Shown: in pieces, positions 1 to 10,611 of the stretch
Position numbering within the stretch: the first letter of the stretch is position 1
Layout of the letters: every line of letters starts with the position of its first letter
Sequence record: NZ_CP082905.1
Source: a plasmid
DNA: 64,000 nucleotides
Strand: one strand, 5' to 3'
Position numbers and translations under genes: made by a program
The notes under the pieces: model-generated
The model's input: the letters and a program-made list of their open reading frames with translations, nothing else
Databases searched by the model: none
What the model was told of the DNA's origin: nothing

Positions 1-60
1 AGCGCCGGCGCCAGCCGGCTGCAGGGGTTGACCTGGCCGTTGCCATCAGACCCTAGCCGG

Positions 61-160
61 CAGGCCCGGAGCGCCATGCGGTCCGGCGAAGCTTACCGGC
101 TCAGCCGGTTAGCGCAGTGGGGCTTGACGACCCGGCAACGCCGGGGAGCCGGAGGGGGCC
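61..160. repeat. Copy 1 of a ~100-bp direct repeat (copy 2 at 6097..6192); GC-rich with internal palindrome CCGGCTcAGCCGG; Frpo/ssi-like candidate
   Basis: Shared core GGTCCGGCGAAGCTTACCGGCTC.GCCGGTTAGC..AGTGGGGCT.GACGACCCG...GGGAGCCGGAGGGGGCC seen at both loci, ~85-90% identical by eye. Confidence 0.5.
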
Positions 161-495
161 ATCAGGATGTTGACGTTTATGACCCTGAGAGGAATAAAGC
201 TCGCGAAGCAGCTGCAGCACAGCAGAAGAAATAAAGGAATCCGTAGTCTGTAAACGAATCCATATTCTGCTTCTCAATCCCCCTTTTTTGTTCGCTGTGA
301 GAGCCAGTAAAACAGGTCGTTGTCTTTCACGGTCAGCAGTATGGGCTGATAGCCCGGCCGGAGAGCCTGCAGGGGAGCATGAGGACTTTATGACTGCTTT
401 CCTTCAGTTACCTGTTAATCGCCTGCAAAAGCCTGACTGGCTGCTGCTGTATAACTATGGAAAAATGGCGAATGGAATATTTGTGTAACGGAGGG

Positions 496-1710
496 ATGAT
501 TATGTCGGTTTTTCATAACTGGCTGTCTGGGATCGCAGGCGGTAATTATTTTGTTTACATCAAACGCCTTTCCGCCAATGATACAGGCGCAACGGGCGGT
601 CATCAGGTCGGGCTTTATATTCCTTCCGGTATCGTTGAAAAGCTGTTTCCGTCCATCAACCATACCCGGGAGCAGAACCCTTCTGTTTATCTCACAGCGC
701 ATGTTTCTTCCCATGATTGTCCTGACAGTGAGGCCCGGGCCATCTATTACAACAACCGTTTTTTTGACGGGACCCGGAATGAAAAACGTATCACACGCTG
801 GGGAAGAGGCAGTCCGCTGCAGAATCCTGAAAATACCGGCGCCCTGACAATACTGGCCTTCAGGCTCGACGAAGAGGGCAAGGACTGTTCGGCGGTGGAC
901 ATCTGGGTCTGCGCCAGCCCTGATGAAGAGGACGTTATCGAGACCGTTATCGGCGAAGTTATTCCCGGAACGCTTATCTCCGGGGCCGCAGGGCAAATAC
1001 TGGGCGGCCTGACTCTTCAGCATGCGCCTGTAAATCATAAATACGCTATTCCTGAAGACTGGCAGCAACGCTTTCCGTCCGGAAATGAAATTATTCAGTA
1101 TGCCGCCGGCCATTACGTAAAAAAATCTGATGACCCGGATGAGCAGCTTATTGACCGTCGGCGCGTCGAGTACGACATCTTTCTGCTGGTAGAGGAATTA
1201 CATGTTCTGGACATCATCCGGAAGGGATTTGGCTCTGTAGATGAGTTTATTGCGCTGGCCAACTCCGTCAGTAACCGGCGTAAATCCCGGGCCGGAAAGT
1301 CACTGGAGCTGCACCTGGAGAACCTCTTCATTGAGCACGGGCTGCGGCACTTTGCCACGCAGGCAGTCACGGAAGGCAATAAAAAACCAGATTTCCTGTT
1401 CCCTTCAGCAGAGGCTTACCACGACGTTGAGTTTCCCGTGGAAAACCTGCGCATGCTGGCGGTCAAGACCACCTGTAAAGACCGCTGGCGCCAGATACTG
1501 AACGAAGCAGATAAAATCCCGCAGGTGCACTTGTTTACGCTGCAGGAAGGGGTGTCTCATACACAGTACAGGGAAATGCAGGAGGCGGGGGTCAGGCTGG
1601 TCGTGCCGTCACCGCTGCACAAAAAATACCCGGAAGCGGTAAGGGCTGAATTAATGACGCTGGGTGCGTTCATTGCGGAGCTTACAGGGCTTTACGCAGA
1701 CCTTCCGTAG
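496..1710 (+). CDS. ecoRIIR: Type IIE restriction endonuclease, EcoRII family
   Basis: N-terminus MSVFHNWL...YFVYIKRLSANDTGATGGHQVGLYIPS matches the EcoRII effector-binding domain I recall; 404 aa from ATG 496; RBS GGAGGG just upstream; convergent with the methylase as in EcoRII. Confidence 0.85.
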   Translation: MIMSVFHNWLSGIAGGNYFVYIKRLSANDTGATGGHQVGLYIPSGIVEKLFPSINHTREQNPSVYLTAHVSSHDCPDSEARAIYYNNRFFDGTRNEKRITRWGRGSPLQNPENTGALTILAFRLDEEGKDCSAVDIWVCASPDEEDVIETVIGEVIPGTLISGAAGQILGGLTLQHAPVNHKYAIPEDWQQRFPSGNEIIQYAAGHYVKKSDDPDEQLIDRRRVEYDIFLLVEELHVLDIIRKGFGSVDEFIALANSVSNRRKSRAGKSLELHLENLFIEHGLRHFATQAVTEGNKKPDFLFPSAEAYHDVEFPVENLRMLAVKTTCKDRWRQILNEADKIPQVHLFTLQEGVSHTQYREMQEAGVRLVVPSPLHKKYPEAVRAELMTLGAFIAELTGLYADLP

Positions 1711-1744
1711 GTAAACTCCCGGCATATGATGCCGGGAGTTTCAC

Positions 1745-3178
1745 TCAGGCCTGTTCAGCCTTATCAGCCTCGGCAGAAACCGCTTTCAGGATGTAAGGTT
1801 CCAGCAGTCTGGCAACGGCTTCAAATACCGGCACCACAACAGAGTTACCGAACTGCCGGTATGACTGCGTGTCAGAAACCGGAATACGGAAGGGTTTGCC
1901 ATCTGGCTTTTCAAAGCCCATCAGGCGTGCACACTCACGGGGGGTCAGCCTGCGCGGACGACGCGCCTGGTTTTCTTCGTTCACAAAGTCTGTTTCTCCC
2001 GTAGCCATATCCCAGCCACGGTCTATCAGAATTTCAGATCCGTCTTTGTGATAGCGGGCAGAAAGCGTACGGGCAACGCTTTCCTTGTTTTCAGGATTAA
2101 CGAGGCCAAAACCGAAGCCGTTTCCCTTAGCCGCATGCTTTTTGGCATAGTTATAGAGATACTCCCAGAGTTTCGGCGTCAGGATATATTTACTGTCAAC
2201 CACAGGTTCCAGCAGTTCGCCAAATGACGGGCGTTGTGCCGGGTAAAAACGACTGACGTCGCGCAGGGTAAAGCCCTTGTGAATATTCAGGTCGCGGCGG
2301 AAACCGACCAGAACGATACGTTCCCGGTGCTGGGGCAGGAAGTGCTTTCCGTCGATGACTTTGGGATCGCTTTTGCCTGCATCAGCCGCATCCGCAACTT
2401 CATAGCCCAGCTCGTCAAGCGTTTCCATGATGACTTTAAAGGTTTTGCCCTTGTCATGACTTTTAAGGTTTTTGACGTTTTCCAGCACAAAAATGGCCGG
2501 CTTTTTGGCCCGAATAATACGCGCCACGTCAAAGAAAAGTGTTCCCTGCGCCTCACATTCAAAACCATGCGCACGACCGAGCGAGTTTTTCTTGCTTACG
2601 CCAGCAAGGCTGAACGGCTGGCAGGGAAAGCCGGCCAGAAGCACATCATGATCCGGCACGTGCTCATCAATGTAAGCATAGGCATCGGTTTCTGACACTT
2701 CAGGTTTGTCACTGAGTGTGACTTCCCGGATATCGAGATTGAATTTGTGCGCCTGCTCGTCATTAAACCAGTTGGCTTTATACGTGCGCACCGCCTCTTT
2801 ATTCCACTCGCTAGTAAAAACGCACTGTCCACCAATCGCCTCAAAACCTTTTCGTATACCGCCAATGCCGGCAAACAGATCAATGAACCGGAAAGCATAG
2901 TCCGGGTGATGCGCAGGCGGTTCCGGCAGCATTTTCCGCAGAAGCGCTTCTTCAGCTGATGTCAGCGATTTAGGTGGGCACTTACCATTAATCCAGCGAT
3001 TGAGCGTTTCCCGGCTCCACTCGTTTTTGCCGACTTTTCTCAGCAGCTCAGCCACGTACTTCTGGTCATAGATTTCCAGAACCTGCGCAATCAGTTTTTT
3101 ATCATTTTCCTGCCGCTGTTTTTCTTCTGCTTCCGCTTTATTAAGCAGATCCTGCGCCAGTAGTTCAAATTCAGACAT
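1745..3178 (-). CDS. ecoRIIM: DNA (cytosine-5)-methyltransferase, M.EcoRII/Dcm-like
   Basis: C5-MTase motifs: FAGIGG (motif I), GFPCQPFS (PCQ motif IV), [13 protein letters not shown] (motif X); internal Met [12 protein letters not shown] gives 477 aa matching M.EcoRII length. Confidence 0.9.
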   Translation of the reverse strand: MSEFELLAQDLLNKAEAEEKQRQENDKKLIAQVLEIYDQKYVAELLRKVGKNEWSRETLNRWINGKCPPKSLTSAEEALLRKMLPEPPAHHPDYAFRFIDLFAGIGGIRKGFEAIGGQCVFTSEWNKEAVRTYKANWFNDEQAHKFNLDIREVTLSDKPEVSETDAYAYIDEHVPDHDVLLAGFPCQPFSLAGVSKKNSLGRAHGFECEAQGTLFFDVARIIRAKKPAIFVLENVKNLKSHDKGKTFKVIMETLDELGYEVADAADAGKSDPKVIDGKHFLPQHRERIVLVGFRRDLNIHKGFTLRDVSRFYPAQRPSFGELLEPVVDSKYILTPKLWEYLYNYAKKHAAKGNGFGFGLVNPENKESVARTLSARYHKDGSEILIDRGWDMATGETDFVNEENQARRPRRLTPRECARLMGFEKPDGKPFRIPVSDTQSYRQFGNSVVVPVFEAVARLLEPYILKAVSAEADKAEQA

Positions 3179-3534
3179 AACGCCTCCATTGGGTCTTATG
3201 AGTGAAACTCTATCACTCATCTGACCCAGAGTGAATTATTTTATCTGGTTATTTAAACAGTACCTGTTAGTACAACTGCCGGCTTTTCTTTTAGACCGTG
3301 AGGACAGACCGTATTAAAACCCCATTCCCCATGCAGGGAGAGAAAATTCCTCCCCCCTCTTTTCCGCCCGGCTTCCCCTGAAGTTATCGCTTCCGGACAC
3401 TATTCATTCAGCTTATTTTTGATATACAAAAAAAGACGATGCGGCGAAGCATCGTCAAAACGAATTTACTATCAATGTTTATCCCTGGTGAAAGACGCTC
3501 AGTTTATCGTTATATCACTGGCAGACCCGCCCGT

Positions 3535-3948
3535 TTACTCACTGCAGCGCTGGCGCCAGACCCATGTCATATCAAGCAGATCATTCACCCTTACTCCCCG
3601 GCGTCGCCAGCGGGCATACCACCGCCGGTATGTGCTGACTGACTGGCTGGCCAGTGCCGTTTCTGCCTCCCGGATAAGTTTTTCCTGCGCCTCAGCCTGG
3701 CGCTGCAGGGCCAGCGCAGAACGTCCGGGCATCGCTTCTCCGGGCCGCAGGACTGTGTCAGACAGACCTGGCTCCGGGAGCGTCGGCGCGGGGCTGACAT
3801 CACCATTATCAGCTTTACCTGAATTCAAAACCGGCGCGAACGTATGTACAGGACATCGTGCCACGTCGTACAGATGGCAACGTTTTTGCGGCTGCGGGTA
3901 AACAGGTGGAACCATTAATGGCGTCATCATTACTGTATTCATACGCAT
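3535..3948 (-). CDS. Hypothetical protein (137 aa), last gene of the minus-strand ssb block
   Basis: ORF only; overlaps upstream ORF end by 10 nt; GC-rich region, so the + strand ORF 3419..3901 is an alternative. Confidence 0.25.
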   Translation of the reverse strand: MRMNTVMMTPLMVPPVYPQPQKRCHLYDVARCPVHTFAPVLNSGKADNGDVSPAPTLPEPGLSDTVLRPGEAMPGRSALALQRQAEAQEKLIREAETALASQSVSTYRRWYARWRRRGVRVNDLLDMTWVWRQRCSE

Positions 3949-4481
3949 CCCCCTTTTCTGCCCAGCACCGCCACGATTTCCGCCGGCGTGATACCCGCTG
4001 ACACCATTTCCTCGATGCGCGTCAGCAGCCGGCCGATGGTTTCCGGCTCAAACCGTTCGGTATTCAGAACGTACAGCCCGGTGTGATCGGGATTTATCCA
4101 GATAAGGCCGTGCCAGAACGGAGACTCGTTGCCCGGGCTCAGGATATCGAGCGTGACGTGACGGTTTTTCCGGTGGGTCAGGCGCAGGTGAACCGGGAAC
4201 ACCCCGCCCCACTCCTCCCGGCACTCGCAGTCAGTGAGCCAGCTGTCACTGAGCGGTAAGGCATGGAGTACGGCGCCGCACAGACGGCGGCGGAACTCCT
4301 CGCCGCGTGTGCTGTAGGCCTCAAAATCGCCCGGCGAAAAGGCGTGCAGCCGTTGCAGCGTCACGCTCTCATCGCGCGTCATCTCACTGCCGCTGCAGCT
4401 GCGGAAACCGACCGACCTGCGGCCGTAGTACGCGTGAGTCTTGCCGTTACGGATTTTTTCTTTAGACTGGATAGCTGACAT
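3939..4481 (-). CDS. Hypothetical leading-region protein (180 aa)
   Basis: Long ORF co-oriented with ssb and the DUF905 gene; no family recognised (not PsiB/PsiA by sequence). Confidence 0.5.
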   Translation of the reverse strand: MSAIQSKEKIRNGKTHAYYGRRSVGFRSCSGSEMTRDESVTLQRLHAFSPGDFEAYSTRGEEFRRRLCGAVLHALPLSDSWLTDCECREEWGGVFPVHLRLTHRKNRHVTLDILSPGNESPFWHGLIWINPDHTGLYVLNTERFEPETIGRLLTRIEEMVSAGITPAEIVAVLGRKGGCV

Positions 4482-4547
4482 ATCGGATTCCTCATAATTT
4501 GATTGTCACGCCCTGCGCGGAGTTACCGCTCCGTTCAGGGCACCTTC

Positions 4548-4778
4548 TTAATGCGTTTTTGTGCCGTTCAGCTCGATATAAAGTCCGAGCCAGAACCCGG
4601 CCTCCGGCTCAAAATTGAATGCCTGCCAGAGCATATTTCCCCCTCTGCTGCGTACGACCAGACGAAAGTGCGAGCCCTGATCGTCTTCAATCGTGACATT
4701 GCTGTATGTACGGGCGACAGCTTCTGCCTGCTCCCGGCTAAAAGGTCCGTTCGGAAGTAATGGTGTGTGACTGGTCAT
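4548..4778 (-). CDS. DUF905 family protein (YkfF-like, 76 aa)
   Basis: [34 protein letters not shown]...[11 protein letters not shown] resembles CP4-6 YkfF as I recall it. Confidence 0.6.
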   Translation of the reverse strand: MTSHTPLLPNGPFSREQAEAVARTYSNVTIEDDQGSHFRLVVRSRGGNMLWQAFNFEPEAGFWLGLYIELNGTKTH

Positions 4779-4834
4779 GGTATTCTCCGGTAGTACGCCT
4801 GCCCTGCAGCCGCAGGTCAGCGGCTCAGTGTCAT

Positions 4835-5380
4835 TCAGAACGGGATATCATCGTCAAAATCTGCTGGCGGCTGGTTGCCCTGCGGCGGTGCCTGGGGGTC
4901 AGGCTGCGGCTGTGCCGCACCGCGTCCGCCCCGGCTACCTTTGCCACCTTTGCCACCATTACCTGACGCTGCCGGCGGCTGCTGAGGCTGGCCGCTGAAC
5001 TGCTGTCCGGTCTGTTCGCCTGTTCCGCTGCCACGCCCGCCCAGCATCTGCATAGTGCCGCCGACGTTGACCACCACTTCCGTGGTGTAGCGATCCTGCC
5101 CACTCTGGTCCTGCCATTTCCGTGTCTGCAGCGCGCCCTCGATATACACCTGAGCGCCTTTACGCAGAAACTCACCGGCCACTTCAGCCAGCTTTCCGAA
5201 CAGCACCACGCGATGCCATTCCGTTTTTTCTCTGGTTTCCCCGGTCTGCTTGTCGCGCCAGGATTCAGAGGTGGCCAGCGTGATGTTCGCGACCGCGCCG
5301 CCGTTCGGCATGTAGCGCACCTCGGGGTCCTGCCCCAGATTGCCGACCAGAATGACCTTGTTAACGCCCCGTGCAGCCAT
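4835..5380 (-). CDS. ssb: Plasmid single-stranded DNA-binding protein
   Basis: [48 protein letters not shown]...; Gly/Gln-rich tail ending DDDIPF (canonical SSB C-terminus); start taken at internal Met. Confidence 0.92.
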   Translation of the reverse strand: MAARGVNKVILVGNLGQDPEVRYMPNGGAVANITLATSESWRDKQTGETREKTEWHRVVLFGKLAEVAGEFLRKGAQVYIEGALQTRKWQDQSGQDRYTTEVVVNVGGTMQMLGGRGSGTGEQTGQQFSGQPQQPPAASGNGGKGGKGSRGGRGAAQPQPDPQAPPQGNQPPADFDDDIPF

Positions 5381-6096
5381 AACGTTTCTCCTCATGCAGT
5401 TGGTTTTTTAACCACGTCACCCGTTGAGTTTCGGGAGCCGCGGTGTTGACGTTTTGTGGAAATCGGCTGGTTTTTTTCTCCGGTATTCACTTCACCCGTT
5501 TGAGATCCTTCGCCGCGAGGGCGTAAACCAGCGCGGGTGACGGCAGACGTCCGGGGCGACGGGGAAATTTATTTCTGGTCTAACGGAGTGGCCGGAAAAA
5601 AATTTTCACGGCGTTCATTTCACCCTGGACGACCACGGCGCCTGTGCTTGTCTCAGCCCCGGCGAAAGGACTTAAACCGGTGAACGGCGTAGGAAAAGCA
5701 CAGCACGATGCAGCAGCAACGACGGCTGAGCGGCAGCGAAACGGCGTTGCGCCTCAGAGCGACGGCGGATTCTGGCCGTCGCGGTTCGCGCCAGCCCTGG
5801 GGCTGGCTGCAGCCCCTGCTTTGCCCTGCGGTGTTTGTGTTTTAGTCTCTGTTTTTTCTGTGGTTTTGGACGACTGTTGTTCAGCCGTCACCATGCCGGC
5901 GCACGCGCCGCGGGCGCGGGCAGACGTAAATGAGAAAAGCGGGGTGACAGAGTTTCAGAACAAATTCCTTATGCGACAGCTCCCTGAAAACGAACAGTGA
6001 TCATACACAACGGGTTTCGCTTAAAAACCCTGCGCCGGCGTTTTCAGAGGAGCGCCAGCACGATTTCTGCTTTCGGCCCTCAGACCCCAGCCGACA

Positions 6097-6192
6097 GGCC
6101 CGGAACGCGTCCCCGGCGGTCCGGCGAAGCTTACCGGCTCTGCCGGTTAGCTGAGTGGGGCTGACGACCCGACAGGGGAGCCGGAGGGGGCC
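6097..6192. repeat. Copy 2 of the Frpo/ssi-like repeat, upstream of umuD; contains a DnaA-box-like TTATCCACA at 6189..6197
   Basis: Direct repeat of 61..160. Confidence 0.5.
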
Positions 6193-6394
6193 CTTATCCA
6201 CATCTACGCTGCACATCCGGCGCATAAAGCTGTGGATAAACAGCTGCAGCCCCTGCCCGCTGACGCCTGAAAAGCACTGGTCAATAAATAACCTGCCATT
6301 TCGCTGTAAAACTTTATAAATCAATGATCTTCTTTTTTCGCCATGCAGGTGTGATTCACTGTGTCTTGCACAGCCCTGAAAGCCAGTTAATACT

Positions 6395-6410
6395 ACTGTA
6401 AATACATACA
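6395..6410. promoter_or_regulatory. LexA (SOS) box CTGT-N8-ACAG upstream of umuD
   Basis: taCTGTAAATACATACAGcg about 25 bp upstream of the umuD start. Confidence 0.65.
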
Positions 6411-6433
6411 GCGATTTAACAGGGACTTTTGCT

Positions 6434-6874
6434 ATGTTTAACGCCTTTGAGTTGATGCACCCGGCGGACAATCCGCCGCCCAGCTTCAGGCCTCTTTTCC
6501 TGGAACGTGTACCCTGCGGGTTTCCCTCTCCCTGCCAGGACTATGCGGAACAGGAGCTCGATCTGAACGAATATCTTATAGCCCACCGGGCAAGCACCTT
6601 CTTCCTGCGCGCGCAGGGCAACAGCATGCAGGACATCGGCCTTTATGACGGCGACCTGCTTATTGTCGATCGTTCCCTCAGACCAGAGCACGGCGACATT
6701 GTCATCGCGGAGCTTTACGGCGAATTCACGGTAAAGCGGCTGCTGCTTTCCCCGAAGGGTCCCGTACTCCAGCCCATGAACCCCGCCTACCCCGTTATCA
6801 TTCCCGATCCGGATACGCTGGAAATTTTCGGCGTCGTTGTGCATTTCGTTCATACCGCGCGCAGGAGAAACTGA
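6434..6874 (+). CDS. umuD: UmuD-like translesion polymerase subunit (S24 LexA-type peptidase)
   Basis: FPSPCQDYAEQELDLNEYLI...GNSMQDIGLYDGDLLIVDRS...VKRL: the Ser-Lys dyad region typical of UmuD/MucA. Confidence 0.85.
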   Translation: MFNAFELMHPADNPPPSFRPLFLERVPCGFPSPCQDYAEQELDLNEYLIAHRASTFFLRAQGNSMQDIGLYDGDLLIVDRSLRPEHGDIVIAELYGEFTVKRLLLSPKGPVLQPMNPAYPVIIPDPDTLEIFGVVVHFVHTARRRN

Positions 6875-6875
6875 C

Positions 6876-6977
6876 ATGTTCGGTTTAATTGACGTGAACA
6901 GCTTTTACGCCAGTGCAGAGAAGGTCTTCCGGCCTGACCTGAAAAATGCACCAGTGGCCATCCTGTCGAATAATGAT
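6876..6977 (+). pseudogene. umuC: umuC 5' fragment (first ~34 codons), reading into unrelated sequence after SNND
   Basis: MFGLIDVNSFYASAEKVFRPDL..AILSNND matches the UmuC/MucB N-terminus; diverges then stops (LSGEKS*); TGA/ATG coupling with umuD. Confidence 0.75.
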
Positions 6978-7241
6978 CTGAGTGGTGAGAAAAGTTAGTT
7001 AATTTGATGCTGTTCATGTCAGCAGCTCTAGAGAGTTTTTTGGTCTTCTATGAGCGAAAAGCGGACATTGAGTGCTCGAAGATTGATTGCATCCTTCTGG
7101 CTTACCTGTGCAGGCATACCGTAAACGAATTGTCACAAAATGAGCTACTGCCAGATAAACACATCTGAATTAACGAATATATGATTGACTCACAAATTGC
7201 AGGCAGTGAGAATGTCTTCAATTCCGGACTCAGGAGTCATC

Positions 7242-7595
7242 ATGCCTCAATTTCAGCCTCTTCAGCTTTTCAAAAATCTCTCTGATGAAACACGACTCAG
7301 TCTGGTGCTGCTGTTGCGCGAAAAAGGAGAGCTTTGCGTCTGTGAACTCACGTCAATGCTGAAAGAAAGTCAGCCTAAAATTTCCCGGCATCTGGCGTTA
7401 CTCAGAGACGCCGGTCTGCTTATCGACAGGCGAGACGGCAAGTGGGTTTATTATCGGTTGTCACCACACATGCCCGCCTGGGCTGCTGCGGTAATTGAGC
7501 AGGCTTACCTGTGTCAGCGCGATGACATTCTGCAACTCAGCCAGCAGGCTGAAAGGAATAACGCGACCACCAACGGCAAGCCTGTCTGCATTTGA
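7242..7595 (+). CDS. arsR: Arsenical resistance operon repressor ArsR
   Basis: [52 protein letters not shown] (ELCVCEL metal-binding site plus HTH). Confidence 0.88.
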   Translation: MPQFQPLQLFKNLSDETRLSLVLLLREKGELCVCELTSMLKESQPKISRHLALLRDAGLLIDRRDGKWVYYRLSPHMPAWAAAVIEQAYLCQRDDILQLSQQAERNNATTNGKPVCI

Positions 7596-7683
7596 AATTT
7601 ACCCAAACACATATGATTTTACATACTTGTTAGCAGGGCTGTCTTTAGTCCCGTTTACAGGCTTTATATCCAAAGGAGAAAGT

Positions 7684-8967
7684 ATGTTTCTGGCAGGCGC
7701 TATATTCGTCCTGACACTGGTGCTGGTTATCTGGCAGCCAAAGGGACTCAGTATTGGCTGGAGTGCAGTTATCGGGGCCGCGCTGGCGCTGCTGACCGGC
7801 GTGGTGCATATCGGTGATATTCCGGCCGTCTGGCAGATTGTCTGGAACGCCACGGCCACGTTTATCGCGGTTATTATCATCAGCCTGCTGCTTGATGAGT
7901 CTGGCTTTTTTGAGTGGGCTGCACTGCACGTTTCCCGCTGGGGAGGCGGTAAAGGCAGGCTGCTGTTCACGTATATTGTTCTGCTGGGTGCGGCAGTGGC
8001 GGCCCTGTTTGCCAATGACGGGGCGGCACTTATCCTGACGCCTATTGTCATCGCCATGCTACTGGCGCTGGACTTCAGCCCCGGCGCCACACTGGCGTTT
8101 GTGATGGCGGCAGGCTTTATCGCGGACACATCCAGCCTGCCGCTCATCGTATCGAACCTGGTCAACATCGTGACGGCGGACTTTTTTAAGCTGGGGTTCA
8201 GCGAATATGCGTCTGTCATGGTGCCGGTAAATATCGCGTCCGTGGCGGCCACGCTGGTTATGCTTCACCTCTTTTTCCGTAAAGACCTCCCGATCACTTA
8301 TGACCTGGCGAAACTGAAGGTGCCACGGGAAGCCATTCGAGACATGCGAACCTTTAAAGCCGGATGGCTGGTCCTGCTCCTGCTGCTGGCCGGTTTTTTT
8401 GCCCTGGAGCCGCTCGGCGTTCCGGTCAGTCTGGTGGCAGCGGTGGCGGCATTTATTCTGTGGCTTGTTGCCCGGAAAGGGCACGTAATTGACACCCGTA
8501 AAGTGCTGAAAGGCGCGCCCTGGCAGATCGTCATCTTCTCGCTGGGTATGTATCTCGTAGTATATGGCCTGCGCAACGCCGGACTGACGGATTACCTCTC
8601 AGCCATCCTGAACCGGTTTGCAGAACACGGCGTCTGGAGCGCCACACTCGGTACCGGTTTTTTGACGGCCTTTTTGTCATCGGTGATGAACAACATGCCT
8701 ACCGTCCTGGTCGGTGCCCTGTCCATTGATGGCAGCACGGCTCAGGGCGCGGTGAAGGAGGCGATGATTTACGCCAACATCATCGGCTGCGATCTCGGCC
8801 CCAAAATCACACCCATCGGCAGCCTGGCGACCCTGCTGTGGCTGCACGTGCTGGCGCAGAAAAACATTACCGTCAGCTGGGGCTACTACTTCCGCGTGGG
8901 CATTGTGATGACCCTGCCGGTGCTTTTTGTGACGCTGGCCGCGCTGGCCCTGCGCCTGTCTGTTTAA
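7684..8967 (+). CDS. arsB: Arsenite/antimonite efflux pump ArsB
   Basis: 428 aa; [11 protein letters not shown]...[39 protein letters not shown] closely matches ArsB; RBS AAAGGAGAA upstream of ATG 7684. Confidence 0.95.
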   Translation: MFLAGAIFVLTLVLVIWQPKGLSIGWSAVIGAALALLTGVVHIGDIPAVWQIVWNATATFIAVIIISLLLDESGFFEWAALHVSRWGGGKGRLLFTYIVLLGAAVAALFANDGAALILTPIVIAMLLALDFSPGATLAFVMAAGFIADTSSLPLIVSNLVNIVTADFFKLGFSEYASVMVPVNIASVAATLVMLHLFFRKDLPITYDLAKLKVPREAIRDMRTFKAGWLVLLLLLAGFFALEPLGVPVSLVAAVAAFILWLVARKGHVIDTRKVLKGAPWQIVIFSLGMYLVVYGLRNAGLTDYLSAILNRFAEHGVWSATLGTGFLTAFLSSVMNNMPTVLVGALSIDGSTAQGAVKEAMIYANIIGCDLGPKITPIGSLATLLWLHVLAQKNITVSWGYYFRVGIVMTLPVLFVTLAALALRLSV

Positions 8968-9016
8968 CCTTAACCCCGGGGCTGCGTCTGCGCAGCTCCG
9001 TAACGGAGTACCGTTT

Positions 9017-9445
9017 ATGACTGATATCACTATTTACCACAACCCGGCCTGCGGGACGTCGCGTAACACCCTGGCACTTATCCGCAACAGTGGCGTGGAG
9101 CCAACAGTGATTTTGTATCTGGAGACGCCACCAACCCGCGACGAGCTGAAAAAGCTGATAGCAGATATGGGTATCAGCGCCCGCGCCCTGCTGCGCAAAA
9201 ATACAGAGCCGTATGAGCATCTGGGGCTGGCAGAAGACCGGTTCAGCGATGATGAACTGCTGAATGCGATGCTGGCTCACCCCATCCTCATCAACCGCCC
9301 GGTGGTTGTGACGCCACTCGGCACAAGGCTCTGTCGTCCGTCTGAAGCGGTTCTGGACATTCTGCCTGACCCGCAGAAGGAAGCATTTACGAAAGAGGAC
9401 GGCGAAAAAGTCATTGATGAACACGGAAACCGGATCAGCCACTGA
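9017..9445 (+). CDS. arsC: Arsenate reductase (glutaredoxin-coupled) ArsC
   Basis: MTDITIYHNPACGTSRNTLALIRNSG with catalytic Cys12; 142 aa. Confidence 0.95.
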   Translation: MTDITIYHNPACGTSRNTLALIRNSGVEPTVILYLETPPTRDELKKLIADMGISARALLRKNTEPYEHLGLAEDRFSDDELLNAMLAHPILINRPVVVTPLGTRLCRPSEAVLDILPDPQKEAFTKEDGEKVIDEHGNRISH

Positions 9446-9511
9446 TTTTTCAGTACGCTGCCGGCAGGAAGGGAGACGCAAAAACAGAAGCCGGCAGATG
9501 CCGGCTTTTTT

Positions 9512-10234
9512 TCATATGCTGCGCTGATTAACCCGCTCAGACAGCTGCGCGGCACTCTCTTTCCTTTCGCTGTAGCGATCGGTCAGGTAGTCACTGCGAC
9601 CCCGCGTCAGCAGAGTGAACTTCATCAGCTCCTCCATTACGTCCACGATGCGGTCGTAGTATGGCGAAGGCTTCATGCGACCATCTTCATCAAATTCGGC
9701 CCAGGCTTTTGCCACGGATGACTGATTCGGGATAGTGATCATACGCATCCAGCGGCCGAGGATGCGCATCTGGTTGACGGCATTAAACGACTGCGAGCCG
9801 CCACTGACCTGCATAACGGCGAGAGTTTTGCCCTGAGAAGGCCGCACCGCCCCCGACGTCAGGGGTATCCAGTCTATCTGCGCCTTCATGATGCCGGTCA
9901 TGGCGCCGTGCCGTTCCGGCGAGCACCAGACCATGCCTTCGGACCAGAGAACCAGCTCGCGCAGCTCTGCAACTTTCGGATGCGTCTCCGGGGCGTCATC
10001 GGGCAGGGGCAGGCCGGACGGGTTAAAAATTTTCACTTCGGCACCCATTGCCGTCAGCAGCCGGGCCGCCTCTTCCGTTGTGAGACGGCTGTATGAGCGT
10101 TCCCGCAGCGAGCCGTACAGCATCAGGATGCGGGGCGGGTGCGCTACTTCTGCAGCCCTCAGCTTATCTTCAGTCAGCGGCACGTCCAGGAGTGAAGTAT
10201 CAATATTTTTCAGGGTATCGTTCATGTTGTTCAC
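9512..10234 (-). CDS. arsH: ArsH, NADPH-dependent FMN reductase
   Basis: 240 aa; [26 protein letters not shown]...[20 protein letters not shown] typical of ArsH. Confidence 0.88.
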   Translation of the reverse strand: MNNMNDTLKNIDTSLLDVPLTEDKLRAAEVAHPPRILMLYGSLRERSYSRLTTEEAARLLTAMGAEVKIFNPSGLPLPDDAPETHPKVAELRELVLWSEGMVWCSPERHGAMTGIMKAQIDWIPLTSGAVRPSQGKTLAVMQVSGGSQSFNAVNQMRILGRWMRMITIPNQSSVAKAWAEFDEDGRMKPSPYYDRIVDVMEELMKFTLLTRGRSDYLTDRYSERKESAAQLSERVNQRSI

Positions 10235-10563
10235 AATGAGGTCTCTTCATGAGTCGTCACGGTTGACAGACTGCAGCTGCCACCTGCACAGCATTCTTCT
10301 GTCAGAAAGGCCATCAGCTGTTCAAGCTGCACATAGCAGGGTTTGCAGAACAGGGTACGGCTCTGCCGCTCCTGGCTGACCAGCCCGGCGGACATCAGCG
10401 CGGAAATATGATGACTGAGCGTGGAGGGCGGAATACCGAGGCGCTTCTGCAGAACGCCGACCGGCAGGCCGTCATGACCCGCTCTCACCAGCTCCCGGTA
10501 CACGCTGAGACGGGTCGGATGCCCCAGCTCCCGAAGCGCATTTGCTGCTGTATTTAAATCCAT
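10231..10563 (-). CDS. ArsR/SmtB-family metalloregulator (second copy, heads the arsH transcription unit)
   Basis: HTH ...[38 protein letters not shown] plus C-terminal Cys cluster CCAGGSC; ATGA overlap with arsH. Confidence 0.8.
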   Translation of the reverse strand: MDLNTAANALRELGHPTRLSVYRELVRAGHDGLPVGVLQKRLGIPPSTLSHHISALMSAGLVSQERQSRTLFCKPCYVQLEQLMAFLTEECCAGGSCSLSTVTTHEETSL

Positions 10564-10611
10564 GCGGCCTCCTTAAACTATATTTCCAGAATAATGGAAA
10601 TGTAGACAGCG

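Noticed and set aside
415-1113. Long antisense ORFs overlapping well-supported genes (also 7599..8252, 51034..51570, 52459..53430, 54049..54765, 55312..56124, 57105..58310, 61458..62234, 62373..62915)
   Set aside because: They occur in GC-rich coding regions. They are Arg/Ala/Gly-rich with no motifs and lie opposite genes with strong homology. Typical spurious frames.
7100-9450. Expecting arsD/arsA in the ars operon
   Set aside because: Only arsR, arsB and arsC are present, and the intergenic distances leave no room. This is a three-gene ars operon.
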